Notes under the pieces: generated by a model
What the model was told of the DNA's origin: nothing
Databases searched by the model: none
Seen by the model: the letters and a program-made list of their open reading frames with translations, nothing else
Made by a program: the position numbers and the translations under genes
DNA from: Nitrospirales bacterium
GTDB taxonomy: Bacteria; Nitrospirota; Nitrospiria; Nitrospirales; UBA8639
Reading direction: 5' to 3'
Length of the DNA: 64,000 bases
Assembly (NCBI GenBank): GCA_963422365.1
Contig: OY729426.1
Coordinates: forward strand, 2,400,001-2,464,000
In this document: positions 1 through 9,379 of the stretch, piece after piece
Layout of the letters: each line of letters begins with the position of its first letter
Numbering within the stretch: the first letter of the stretch is position 1

Positions 1-1561
1 CGACCTGAGGAACCGAGAGGCCTATTCGAACGTTGGCCGGGATGAAATACCCGTAACAGGCGACCCAGACATTATTAAGATGAGCCACCACAAAGAATGT
101 GATCAGGAAGATATTTCCGAACTTTGCCCACTTGACAGCCGGGACCCTATTGCCACGCTGATACCATATAAAACTGGCGATCGTGGTCATGATAATCGCG
201 TTAATTCCGCCATTCTTAGCCGACATGACGCCATAGTTACCTAAGACCGGATGCTGCTGACCTCCCATGGCCTTTAATTCAGCCGGCGTCATCACAATAG
301 TGTGTGGAGTGATAAAGACCAACAATCCCACCACCAAAATGAACACAAAATACTTAATATAAGGCCGAAACCTCTCCCCTCCGGTCATTCGTCCGAGGGC
401 TTGCCAGAGATAGTAGTTTGTCGTCAAAAACAGGATGCCGATCATTGTCGCCTGAATAATGAACAACCAAGCCAACAGCCCACCCATCAAGGTAATTCCC
501 ATTTGTTGACGGTAGGCATACACTTCGCGCATGAGCCAATAGCCGGCAAACGGCAGGGGAATCAGGAAAGCCACACCCAGCGACATCGCGATATATCCCA
601 TCCAATCGTAATGGGCGCGCTCTTCATCATTCTTTGCTGACAGGAACCGATACGCAGCATACGCCGCCACCACGCCACCACCAAAGGCCATATTCCCAAG
701 AATCCGATGCACATTCAGAGGATTCCAGAGCGCCGTATGAATGGCATGCCAAATATTTCCCAGATATCGTCCCTGCTCATCCACCCCAGCGGGCGACATC
801 ATGAAGCCAATCCATGAATTAGCCAGGAACATCAACACCGTCCCAATGACGTTCAACACCACCGACATACTGGCATGGAGCCATTTTAATAACCCATCTT
901 TCATCTTGTCCCATCCATAGTAGTAGATGTAGAGGGTTCCGCTTTCTGCCACGAACATCAGGGCATAGATATGCATCACTGGTCGAAAAATACTGGAAAG
1001 ATACCCAAAAAAGGCTGGATACAGCGTCAGGAATGTGAATATGAGAATACCACCGAGGATGGCAGTCAGCGAGTAGGCGGTCAGGCTGATTTTAACAAAG
1101 TCATAAGCCAACTGGTCATACTTCTTTGCCATTGCTCTGTCTTTACTCACCAACCCGGCAAACTCGATACACATACAGAAAATCGGCACGGCTAACACAA
1201 AGCTGCCATAGTACAGATGCTGCTGATTGGCCACCCAAAGCAGGACCCTGCTTTCGAAGTTATATCGTGGATAGAATTCTTCCGTATCGGCAGTTTTCGG
1301 GGCCGGAGCACCGACCGCAGGCCCCTCCGTTTTGTAGTAGACATCTCTGCCAATTTCGACTTTTGCTTCTTCACCTTCCACCCCTTCGGCTTCCTCAGCA
1401 GCTACGACATCAGGAGGCGGTGCCCCTGCTACGGGACCGCCTCCACCGGCCAAGGCCGGCAGTGCCACAAAAATCGGGAGCAACAACATGGCTCCCATTG
1501 CAAAAAGACCAGTGACTGCCAGGATTTTTTTTCTGGCCTGTCCATTTTTGAGGCGACCCAT
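1..1561 (-). CDS. Cytochrome bd-like oxidase subunit I (CydA-like), paralogue 1; 3' end runs off the window
   Basis: Missing from the ORF track because it has no stop in the window. Manual translation from ATG 1561 (RBS AAGGAGG) gives MGRLKNGQARKKILAV...DVYYKTEGP...LWVANQQHLYYGSFVLAVP...NPLNVHRILGN..., collinear with the 5115..6983 protein. Confidence 0.88.
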   Translation of the reverse strand, partial: MGRLKNGQARKKILAVTGLFAMGAMLLLPIFVALPALAGGGGPVAGAPPPDVVAAEEAEGVEGEEAKVEIGRDVYYKTEGPAVGAPAPKTADTEEFYPRYNFESRVLLWVANQQHLYYGSFVLAVPIFCMCIEFAGLVSKDRAMAKKYDQLAYDFVKISLTAYSLTAILGGILIFTFLTLYPAFFGYLSSIFRPVMHIYALMFVAESGTLYIYYYGWDKMKDGLLKWLHASMSVVLNVIGTVLMFLANSWIGFMMSPAGVDEQGRYLGNIWHAIHTALWNPLNVHRILGNMAFGGGVVAAYAAYRFLSAKNDEERAHYDWMGYIAMSLGVAFLIPLPFAGYWLMREVYAYRQQMGITLMGGLLAWLFIIQATMIGILFLTTNYYLWQALGRMTGGERFRPYIKYFVFILVVGLLVFITPHTIVMTPAELKAMGGQQHPVLGNYGVMSAKNGGINAIIMTTIASFIWYQRGNRVPAVKWAKFGNIFLITFFVVAHLNNVWVACYGYFIPANVRIGLSVPQV

Positions 1562-1648
1562 AACCAACCTCCTTCTTTCTTTGAAATTATTCAAAGAACA
1601 ATAAACCTATTATGTTGTTCATTTTTTTCAGAATGATTACTATCGGGG

Positions 1649-1765
1649 TTACCTGAGAATATAGAAATAATCCAAGCCCTGCATATCCATCAGCGCCCAG
1701 TCGATGAACTGAAAATAGGCCACGGAAATCACGATTGAAATGATGAGGTACAGAGCCGTCTGCAT
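1649..1765 (-). CDS. 38-aa single-TM micro-protein MQTALYLIISIVISVAYFQFIDWALMDMQGLDYFYILR
   Basis: Strong RBS (AGAGGAGG) before ATG 1765; hydrophobic helix; co-oriented directly upstream of the bd-like gene. Confidence 0.7.
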   Translation of the reverse strand: MQTALYLIISIVISVAYFQFIDWALMDMQGLDYFYILR

Positions 1766-1962
1766 ATGAAACCCTCCTCTTTAAACTCTATCCAGTCAGT
1801 TTTTTTCAACAAGGACATTGGATACCGGCAAACCAATAAAAAAACCACAAACTTATAGCACAGGTCACATAGAATATCCCCTTGCCCAGCTTGATTGGAA
1901 ACGGATCAGTTTTCGCCATCTTAGCTTTCCCTCTAGATGTTTGACCTTAATAAATTGTACGC

Positions 1963-1990
1963 TTGACACATTTCTTCGACATATGATAAT
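1963..1990 (+). promoter_or_regulatory. Possible sigma70 promoter TTGACA-16-GATAAT for the 2029..2133 micro-ORF
   Basis: Perfect -35 and 5/6 -10 in an AT-rich intergenic region. Confidence 0.4.
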
Positions 1991-2028
1991 GAACAGATAC
2001 TTTTACTTTTCACGAAATGGTGAAACGA

Positions 2029-2133
2029 ATGAGAAATAACGCAAAATTGTTCGACATTATAGTGTTGGCCGGAATGGTTGTCAATATTCTTTTGGCCGTC
2101 TTTTTGATACTGTATTACTTTGACTTTCTCTAG
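2029..2133 (+). CDS. 34-aa hydrophobic micro-protein MRNNAKLFDIIVLAGMVVNILLAVFLILYYFDFL
   Basis: ATG..TAG fills the gap before the convergent gene; single TM helix; promoter-like sequence upstream. Confidence 0.55.
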   Translation: MRNNAKLFDIIVLAGMVVNILLAVFLILYYFDFL

Positions 2134-2139
2134 CCTACG

Positions 2140-3051
2140 CTAAAGCTTAGGGTGAGGCTCCAGCGTGGGGTCCCGAGTATTTTGTCGCTCTGACGCAGCA
2201 CAACGAAAGCCGATAGTTTCATCCCGAAAATCTGGAACCATGAAATTTCTTGCCGTAATTCTCAAGTCGTTTCCATAACTTGTATACCCTGCCCCGCGAA
2301 GAGTCTTGTACCCCCCACGGTCGGCAACACTTGCCTCTCCAGTTTCACTGGAATGAGGCGTTTGCTCCTCATACCAATTGTCGGCCCATTCCATCAGGTT
2401 TCCAAAACCGTCATACACGCCAAAAGGGCTTCTATCCAATGGGAACGAGCCAACAGACGCCGTGGCTTCGTATCCATCTGCCTCTCCCCCCAAATTTGCC
2501 TTGTGGATCCTCGGAGAATTTCCCCAAGGCCATAACCGACCGTCTATCCCTCGCGTCGCTTTCTCCCACTCGGCTTCTCTCGGCAAACGCTTTCCTTTCC
2601 ATTTGCAATAGGCATCCGCATCATACCAAGAGACATAGGCAACAGGCTGATTCGGTCCACGCAATTGGGCTAACCGTTTGGCATATCGAGACGGAGGGCC
2701 TGGTTTTCGATGACCAGTTTGCTCCACAAATGTTCTATAGTGGTGATTCGTCACCTCATACCGATCGATCCAAAATCCCTCAAGAGGGACCAGACGCTCA
2801 GGGCGTTCATTAAATCCGCCTTGGCTGGTCCCTTGAACAAACTTTCCCGGAGGAATAAACACCATGTCTTCTTGAATGATGGTCTGCAAGGGTTCGGAGG
2901 GAGAAGACTCGATAGCCTGAAGAGGTTTGACAATCTCCGCAAGATCTGGATCGGGGGGAGGCGACTTCGTGCCACGCAAAATTCCTGATATTGGCATGCC
3001 CACCATGAATAAAATCACGGCAAGCAAGATCAGTTTCAATCTCCCATCCAT
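2140..3051 (-). CDS. SUMF1/EgtB/PvdO (FGE-sulfatase domain) membrane-anchored protein
   Basis: Motifs FWIDRYEVTN, PVAYVSWYDA, KRLPREAEWEKA, GNLMEW, GFRC; N-terminal TM; likely start ATG 3051. Confidence 0.88.
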   Translation of the reverse strand: MDGRLKLILLAVILFMVGMPISGILRGTKSPPPDPDLAEIVKPLQAIESSPSEPLQTIIQEDMVFIPPGKFVQGTSQGGFNERPERLVPLEGFWIDRYEVTNHHYRTFVEQTGHRKPGPPSRYAKRLAQLRGPNQPVAYVSWYDADAYCKWKGKRLPREAEWEKATRGIDGRLWPWGNSPRIHKANLGGEADGYEATASVGSFPLDRSPFGVYDGFGNLMEWADNWYEEQTPHSSETGEASVADRGGYKTLRGAGYTSYGNDLRITARNFMVPDFRDETIGFRCAASERQNTRDPTLEPHPKL

Positions 3052-3109
3052 GGTAGCGAAGCCTCGATAGATTTGATGAACACGGCCCTGACAACCGCCG
3101 TCAGGATGC

Positions 3110-4015
3110 TTATTTTCTGGCCTCGACATCTTTGGCGCAACGGAACCCGATCGTCGCATCGGCTCGCCACATTTTGGCTGAAAACCGTTTGGTCAATCTC
3201 GCGTTGAGTTTGGAATCACGCCAAGTTGCCCCTCGAATGACTCTAAATTCTGTGCTGTCCGGACCAGAAGGATCACGAAAGGGTGAATGTTGATAATATT
3301 GCGGGTCATAGGTATCCGCAACCCATTCGGCAACATTTCCCGTCATGTCGTAGACCCCATACGGACTCCGTCCGCCTTCAAAAGAACCCACAGGCGCCAA
3401 ATACTTAAACCCATCGTCTTCACCATCGATATTGGAAACCAGGTCACGAAATTCATGTCCCCAAGGATACAGTCGTCGCCCTTCACCACGAGCCGCTCTC
3501 TCCCATTCGGCTTCGGTCGGCAGCCGTTTCCCCGCCCACCGGCAATAGGCAAAGGCATCATTCCATCCAACGCCCACGACGGGAAAATCCGGATCAATGA
3601 GTTTTGCAATATCTTCTTCGAAAACCGGAACCTGAGGGTTCCCTCGCTTGACCATCTTGACAAAACGATCGTACTCCGACTGAGTGACTTCCTTGAGATC
3701 GATAAAGTACGTCCGCACATACACCGGGTGCGCAGGGGCCTCATCGGGATCCCCTTGATCATACCCCATGGTAAAAGGCCCTTCGGGGATTTCGACCATC
3801 TCACGACCCTCATCTCCAACCAAGGTACGATACATCGAAAAATCTTGAATTTTCACTGGAGTGATAACCCGAGGGTTGGGTTTTTGAGACTTCGAGACCA
3901 ACCGGTCTAGCTCTTCTTTCCCTTTATACGTTTCATAGATCAACATGGCCATCATCAAGATAAACGAGGCAAAGACAAAGATGATGGAGCCGATGAGCAC
4001 CCCGCGATTTTCCAT
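3110..4015 (-). CDS. SUMF1/EgtB/PvdO (FGE-sulfatase domain) membrane-anchored protein
   Basis: Motifs RLPTEAEWERAARG, YPWG, YDMTGNVAEW, GFRCA; N-terminal TM. Confidence 0.9.
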   Translation of the reverse strand: MENRGVLIGSIIFVFASFILMMAMLIYETYKGKEELDRLVSKSQKPNPRVITPVKIQDFSMYRTLVGDEGREMVEIPEGPFTMGYDQGDPDEAPAHPVYVRTYFIDLKEVTQSEYDRFVKMVKRGNPQVPVFEEDIAKLIDPDFPVVGVGWNDAFAYCRWAGKRLPTEAEWERAARGEGRRLYPWGHEFRDLVSNIDGEDDGFKYLAPVGSFEGGRSPYGVYDMTGNVAEWVADTYDPQYYQHSPFRDPSGPDSTEFRVIRGATWRDSKLNARLTKRFSAKMWRADATIGFRCAKDVEARK

Positions 4016-4078
4016 AACTCTCCAGAAGTCAGCTTCGCGTCAGGGTTTTCAACAAAGAGGACCTTTCCTATTCCCGCC

Positions 4079-4420
4079 TTAGGCTTCTTGGTCGGAAGAG
4101 GGAATGGTCTTCACTGGTTTTCGCCAAAACACATCAATCAACATTGAGATCCAAATGCCCAAAAATCCGCCCATCGCCGCCCCGGATCCCGCACCCACCG
4201 TAATATTTTCAGGGCCGGAAATAGCCCAAGCCAACGCACCCCCTGAAAACGTTCCAATAAAAATCCCGAGAAAAAACCGACGACCGCCAATGAGACCGAT
4301 ACCGATACCTAAAATGACCCCCAGCCCTGCCGCGAAATAAAAAAAGGAGTCGCCCAAAAGGATTCCAATGAGCACCCCGACCGTCCCCATGACCACAACG
4401 CCGAGGAGCACATCTATCAT
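4079..4420 (-). CDS. Small Gly-rich multi-TM membrane protein
   Basis: About four hydrophobic GxxxG-rich helices; start reassigned to ATG 4420. Confidence 0.7.
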   Translation of the reverse strand: MIDVLLGVVVMGTVGVLIGILLGDSFFYFAAGLGVILGIGIGLIGGRRFFLGIFIGTFSGGALAWAISGPENITVGAGSGAAMGGFLGIWISMLIDVFWRKPVKTIPSSDQEA

Positions 4421-4470
4421 GGTTCCCTTAGAAATCGACGACCTCCTCTTCGACACGCAGCCGCAAGGCG

Positions 4471-5118
4471 TTATTCCGCATGAACCTCGATTGAACCGAA
4501 ATCTATTTCCACCCCAGGCCCACTTTGAAGAGAAATTCCCCACGCCTTGGGAGCCGGTTCATGACCATGAATCTCTTGAAAATCTTTGTAGGTATTGACC
4601 GCTTCTTCTACCCATTCACCCAAGGGATGGGGGCCTGAACGAATCACGACCTCTGCCGCGCCAAACAATCCACCATCCGTGACAGAGCCTCTGCGTTTCG
4701 TGCCACTCCAGACATACTTCGTCGAAATTGGAATAAACATCAAATCCGTATCCAAATTCGCAAAGAGCGCCGCAATAAAATCAGCCTTCTCCGGGACGAC
4801 GTGCAGGCGCCATCTCCACGTGAGAATAGGGTGGGTTTGGGGATTCCAATCAATGTGCTTCGTATACACCCGCTGATTCGCCCCCTTGCCTTTCAGAAAT
4901 ACGGTGTCCCCTTGACTATGAAGAGAGTACGCCTCTTTTGCGGTGACGGTGCTTCGTGACCCTTCCCATCCCTTGGGGAACCTTTCCTCATCAGGATTTT
5001 GAAAATTTTCGAGCATCACCACCTGCGAGAAAGCCTGCCCGCTTCCCACGGAAAGGGGAACAACAAGCAGAAGAAGGACCAAGCACTCCTTGCGTATGCT
5101 TCCTTGAGCTGTTCTCAT
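4471..5118 (-). CDS. Secreted DUF3047-family protein
   Basis: Signal peptide; [14 protein letters not shown] and GEWVEE motifs; overlaps the upstream stop. Confidence 0.7.
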   Translation of the reverse strand: MRTAQGSIRKECLVLLLLVVPLSVGSGQAFSQVVMLENFQNPDEERFPKGWEGSRSTVTAKEAYSLHSQGDTVFLKGKGANQRVYTKHIDWNPQTHPILTWRWRLHVVPEKADFIAALFANLDTDLMFIPISTKYVWSGTKRRGSVTDGGLFGAAEVVIRSGPHPLGEWVEEAVNTYKDFQEIHGHEPAPKAWGISLQSGPGVEIDFGSIEVHAE

Positions 5119-6983
5119 ACCGACTCCTCTCTTGAAAAAGCCCGCACGAAAGACATACGTTCGGTTCCCGCCGGCGTATCTTCTTCCACGGCTAACTGTC
5201 GGTCACGCGTAGACAACCAAAACATGAAAAATACCGAAACCCAAAATAACACCATATTGAGGGTCACCATTTGGGCCGCAAAAGTAATCGGAGGGGTAAA
5301 GGCCCAAGGAGAAAGATCCTCCATCAGTTCATTCACATGCCACCCTAAACGACCGGCTGACCGAATATACCCCATCAACCCCATCACCCAGGAAAAGATC
5401 GCGGCGACCCCAAACAACGCCACCATCCCTCGTATGGATATCTTGCCCCATTGGACGGGACCTCGAATTTCACTCCCCTTCAACAGAAAATAATTGATCA
5501 CCAACCCGACGAGCAAAACCGTCGCTGTAGTTGCACCCTGCGGAATGGACAATCCTACACGGATATGGGCGGGAATAAAAAACCCATAAATCGCAACCCA
5601 GACAATATTGGCCATGCCCAATACAAACAAAACCCCGATCGCAATATTTCCCGCTGGGGCCCAAGGGACAGTAATGATTCGATTGGCACGGCGATACAAC
5701 AGGTAGCTCAAGGCCGTCAGGCAAATCATGATATTAATGGCGCCATTTTTGGCGGACATCACCCCAAATTGCCCAATGACGGGATGTTGCGCCGCTCCCA
5801 CCGCTTTCATTTCACTGGGAGTCATGGCAAGGGTATGGGGAGTAAACCATACCAGAAACGACACCATCAGCCCCCCAAGGATTATTTTGAAACAAGGATG
5901 GTACCGTTCTCCGTCACGTAACCGTCCCAAGGATTGCCAGATATAATAATTAATGCCGAGGAACAGCGCCCCAATAGTGGTAGCCTGAACCACGAAAAGC
6001 CAGGACAGCAACCCGCCCATCATGGTCATGCCCATTTCTTGACGGAATTCAAAGACGGAGCGCATAAGCCAATACCCGGCAAAGGGCATGGGGAGCAAGG
6101 CGCACACCATCACGATAATGAACACATAGCTCACCCAATCATAATACGCCCGCTCTTCTTGGACCCTGGCCTTCAAAAACCGATACGCCGCATACGCCAC
6201 AACCACAGCCCCCCCGGACATAATATCCGCTAAGAACCGATGGGCATTGAGCGGATTCCATAATGGCGAATGCAATAAATGCCAGACATTCCCTAGAAAC
6301 TGTCCCTCGGCGTTCACCCCCGCCGGCGCCATCATAAAAGACGCCCAGGCATTGGCCAACAGGAGCAAAAGCACTCCCATGGCATTCGCAACTACCCCGA
6401 TCGACATGTGCACCCATTTCCTGGCTCCGTGGGCCAGACGGTCCCAACTGTAGTAGTACAACACGAGAAGAAAGAATTCGCCTAAAAACACCGCGGCATA
6501 AAACGGCATCATCTGTTTAAACGTCGATCCCATGTACTTCATAAAAACAGGATAGAACGTCAGAAACGCACCAAGCATAAAACTCCCAAGCAGCGCCGTG
6601 ACTGAGAGCGAGAGAACCCCGACACGAAGAATATCGCGACCGAGTCCATCGTAGCGTTTGGCCGCCTGCGGATCACGACGTGACACGCCAAAGAATTCCA
6701 GGAGAAACGCAAACAACGGGAGCGCGAGGACGAATCCTCCGAAATAGGTATGCTGCTGCGTGATAACCCAAATTACAATCCGGTTATCGAGCGGTCGCCA
6801 TTGTGGATAACCGGATTCAGTCTCTGCGGCTGGAGGGCCTTGCGGAGTTCCTGCAGTCTTATAATAGACATCTTGGTTCTGGTGATGAAGGGAGGAGGCC
6901 TCCGAACTCGCCCACAACGGCATTGGGGCGACAAGTGAACAGCCTACAAAGATCAGCAGGGAAACACGGAAAACGATTTTCAT
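5115..6983 (-). CDS. Cytochrome bd-like oxidase subunit I (CydA-like), paralogue 2
   Basis: QQHTYFGGFVLA, YYYSWDRL, ANAWASFMMAPAG, NPLNAHRFLAD; many TM helices. Confidence 0.88.
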   Translation of the reverse strand: MKIVFRVSLLIFVGCSLVAPMPLWASSEASSLHHQNQDVYYKTAGTPQGPPAAETESGYPQWRPLDNRIVIWVITQQHTYFGGFVLALPLFAFLLEFFGVSRRDPQAAKRYDGLGRDILRVGVLSLSVTALLGSFMLGAFLTFYPVFMKYMGSTFKQMMPFYAAVFLGEFFLLVLYYYSWDRLAHGARKWVHMSIGVVANAMGVLLLLLANAWASFMMAPAGVNAEGQFLGNVWHLLHSPLWNPLNAHRFLADIMSGGAVVVAYAAYRFLKARVQEERAYYDWVSYVFIIVMVCALLPMPFAGYWLMRSVFEFRQEMGMTMMGGLLSWLFVVQATTIGALFLGINYYIWQSLGRLRDGERYHPCFKIILGGLMVSFLVWFTPHTLAMTPSEMKAVGAAQHPVIGQFGVMSAKNGAINIMICLTALSYLLYRRANRIITVPWAPAGNIAIGVLFVLGMANIVWVAIYGFFIPAHIRVGLSIPQGATTATVLLVGLVINYFLLKGSEIRGPVQWGKISIRGMVALFGVAAIFSWVMGLMGYIRSAGRLGWHVNELMEDLSPWAFTPPITFAAQMVTLNMVLFWVSVFFMFWLSTRDRQLAVEEDTPAGTERMSFVRAFSREESV

Positions 6984-8074
6984 GAAAGCAGATCTCGCGG
7001 TTGTTCAGGTTGTCCCTGCCCTACCATAACGGGATTGGATTTCCGTCCTGACGCCACCCATCCTGTTTTGGCTAGAATTTCCATCACGAAGGGACAACGC
7101 GTTAACCCTTCGGAGAATCCGCCTTGTGTTTGAGCCTCCACAAACACTCGAGCCCCCAAGAAATACCCATACCCTGCCATCATACCCGCGGTGACCCCAC
7201 CAAGGGCCAAGTGAACGACAAGGGACCCTCCTTTAACCTGCAACACAAACGCAATAAGGCCAATCTGCACTAAATAGTAAGTCCAAGCAAAAGTCAAACA
7301 AGGCCACATCCAAAATCGACAGGCTTCCCACCATGATTGTCTTGTGAAGCGATCCGAGAAGTGTTCGAGAGGATGTTTCCCAGATAAAAATGCTCCATGA
7401 GCGAAACAGGCCGCCACAACACAAACCAGAATCGCCTGCCCAATCTCCTTCCCTACCCCTGTCCAGCCAAGTCGATAGACAACCGCAGCCGTTCCACCGG
7501 CAACCAACCCCGCGCCTACCCATCCGGCCAGACAAAGAAAGTCGCGCTGGAGCAATTCACGAAACGACCCACCGTCGGGAAAGGTCACCATATGCATACC
7601 AGAGGATTCCATGCGTACCACGTGCCCGATTTCAAAAGCATCACGGGTGACCGACGTGCAGGAGATAATCAAGGCCATCATGGCTGGCCCTTCAGGATGC
7701 AGCAGAAAATGATAATCGACAAAGAGGGCCAGAAGCGCCAACACCAACAACGAAAGCTGCACGCCATAGACAAACCCGATCCATCCGCCCACCCAGAGAA
7801 GACGGCTAAGACCATCTGTTTGGCAAACGTGGACAAGAGACGCTGTACGTCCCATCGTATACGCCCAAGACGAGGCGAGCATCGCGAGGACACCGCTCAT
7901 CGCCAACAACACAAATGGGTCGGATAGCGGAAGAACATCTTTGAAGAGATGGTAAAGGGCAAAGGCCACAAACCCTGGAATGAGCATCACCCGACGCTTC
8001 CGCTTTCGAACATCGGATTCAGTGACGGCTGCATTCAGTTGGGGAATTACTCGGAGTGCTAATCGATGGAGCAT
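6980..8074 (-). CDS. Polytopic membrane protein of unknown function
   Basis: 364-aa ORF with many TM segments; 4-nt overlap with the bd-like gene. Confidence 0.75.
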   Translation of the reverse strand: MLHRLALRVIPQLNAAVTESDVRKRKRRVMLIPGFVAFALYHLFKDVLPLSDPFVLLAMSGVLAMLASSWAYTMGRTASLVHVCQTDGLSRLLWVGGWIGFVYGVQLSLLVLALLALFVDYHFLLHPEGPAMMALIISCTSVTRDAFEIGHVVRMESSGMHMVTFPDGGSFRELLQRDFLCLAGWVGAGLVAGGTAAVVYRLGWTGVGKEIGQAILVCVVAACFAHGAFLSGKHPLEHFSDRFTRQSWWEACRFWMWPCLTFAWTYYLVQIGLIAFVLQVKGGSLVVHLALGGVTAGMMAGYGYFLGARVFVEAQTQGGFSEGLTRCPFVMEILAKTGWVASGRKSNPVMVGQGQPEQPRDLLS

Positions 8075-8175
8075 CGGAATTTCTCAAGCAGGTGACGTGG
8101 AATACGGGATGCAAGGAAACTACGCTTACGCTGAATGTCCATTATTCTTTGCCGGCACAGAGCACGTCTTATGCG

Positions 8176-8655
8176 TTACGACGTCGGTGTCGCCATCCCG
8201 AAATAGCGGACCTTGATTGCTTCCATCAGAGCCACCGTGACTTCTGACATGCCTCTGTCCTGAGCCGTACGCTCCAATTCCACACGCGCCATCGCACGAA
8301 CCGGTCCTGGGATTCGGGATAAACGTCTCTCAGCATCAGGATGCCACGACACCGGCCCCTGGTTCCTAGCTTCCGTCATCAAACCAGTTGAAATCAATGT
8401 GATACTTTTTCGACCCGCATGGTTTTCCACCTCTTGCCGAACAAGAGGTTCCACATACGGTGGCAGCCGATCTAACCCCTGCTGGGCCTCATCAGTCCAG
8501 ACTGGGCGGTCAAACAACACACTTGCTTCTCGATTATCCGTTTCGATTCCTAACCGAAACCCACAATGTTCACAGCGATAACGAAGCAAGGTATGCACGT
8601 CATCCCATTCTTCAAGAGCCTCACATCGGAAATCAGAGCCACAGGTACACTGCAT
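8176..8655 (-). CDS. Protein with N-terminal Cys motifs (CxC...CxxC) and two PCP_red-like (protochlorophyllide reductase C-terminal) domains
   Basis: WTDEAQQGLDRLPPYV and WHPDAERRLSRIPGPVRAMAR repeats. Confidence 0.75.
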   Translation of the reverse strand: MQCTCGSDFRCEALEEWDDVHTLLRYRCEHCGFRLGIETDNREASVLFDRPVWTDEAQQGLDRLPPYVEPLVRQEVENHAGRKSITLISTGLMTEARNQGPVSWHPDAERRLSRIPGPVRAMARVELERTAQDRGMSEVTVALMEAIKVRYFGMATPTS

Positions 8656-8662
8656 CACGCAA

Positions 8663-9379
8663 CTACCCAATTCTTCCAGGATACAAAATATACAGCATGG
8701 TATAGGTCATACTTCCAGTCACGAACAAGACGCAATACACCACCATGGTAAACCGTCCCAAGACTCGATGGCGTCGCGCACCATTCGGCCAAATGCGTTG
8801 TATGCTCACCTCAATTCCAAAAACAATGGCAATGAGAATGACGAGTCCGAGGTAGACGCTAAGTTTACCTACGGAAAATCCGCTCGCTGCCACGCGACTA
8901 ACAAATAACAGCAGCACAAGAGCCGTCACCCCACCCAATATGATCCCGATTTTTTTTCCGGTGGTTTGCAGGATGGCCTCTCGTAACTTTCGTTGGCCAT
9001 TGATAAAGGTCTGCGAGCGGAATCCCAGGACAATCATGTAAATGGCCATGACCAATCCGATCACGACCAAAATAATGTGAAAGGTTAAGAGGGGAATAAA
9101 CACATGATCATACAAAGCCTGGGAGCCACCGAACCCTTCTTTTCCTTCAAAGGCCAACACGCCAAGCTGACGAAATAAATAATAACTCGTGAAAAATGCC
9201 AACATGGCGATCATCCCACCCAGCATCAACCAATGGTGACCGCTCCCTTTACCTTTTTGGGCCTGCACCCATCCGACAAGAAACAGCACGGTGAATAACG
9301 TCGCCATCAATTGGCTGATATCAGCCCCTATTGTTGCATGCGTCCCGACAAACCCGGGTGCTTTTAACCATTCAGCCAT
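8663..9379 (-). CDS. DUF420-family membrane protein
   Basis: HHWLM, LTFHIIL, RRHRVLGR His-bearing TM helices. Confidence 0.75.
   Translation of the reverse strand: MAEWLKAPGFVGTHATIGADISQLMATLFTVLFLVGWVQAQKGKGSGHHWLMLGGMIAMLAFFTSYYLFRQLGVLAFEGKEGFGGSQALYDHVFIPLLTFHIILVVIGLVMAIYMIVLGFRSQTFINGQRKLREAILQTTGKKIGIILGGVTALVLLLFVSRVAASGFSVGKLSVYLGLVILIAIVFGIEVSIQRIWPNGARRHRVLGRFTMVVYCVLFVTGSMTYTMLYILYPGRIG

Noticed and set aside
1941..1954. FNR-like box TTGAC-N4-ATAAA
   Set aside because: Two mismatches in an AT-rich region; compatible with chance
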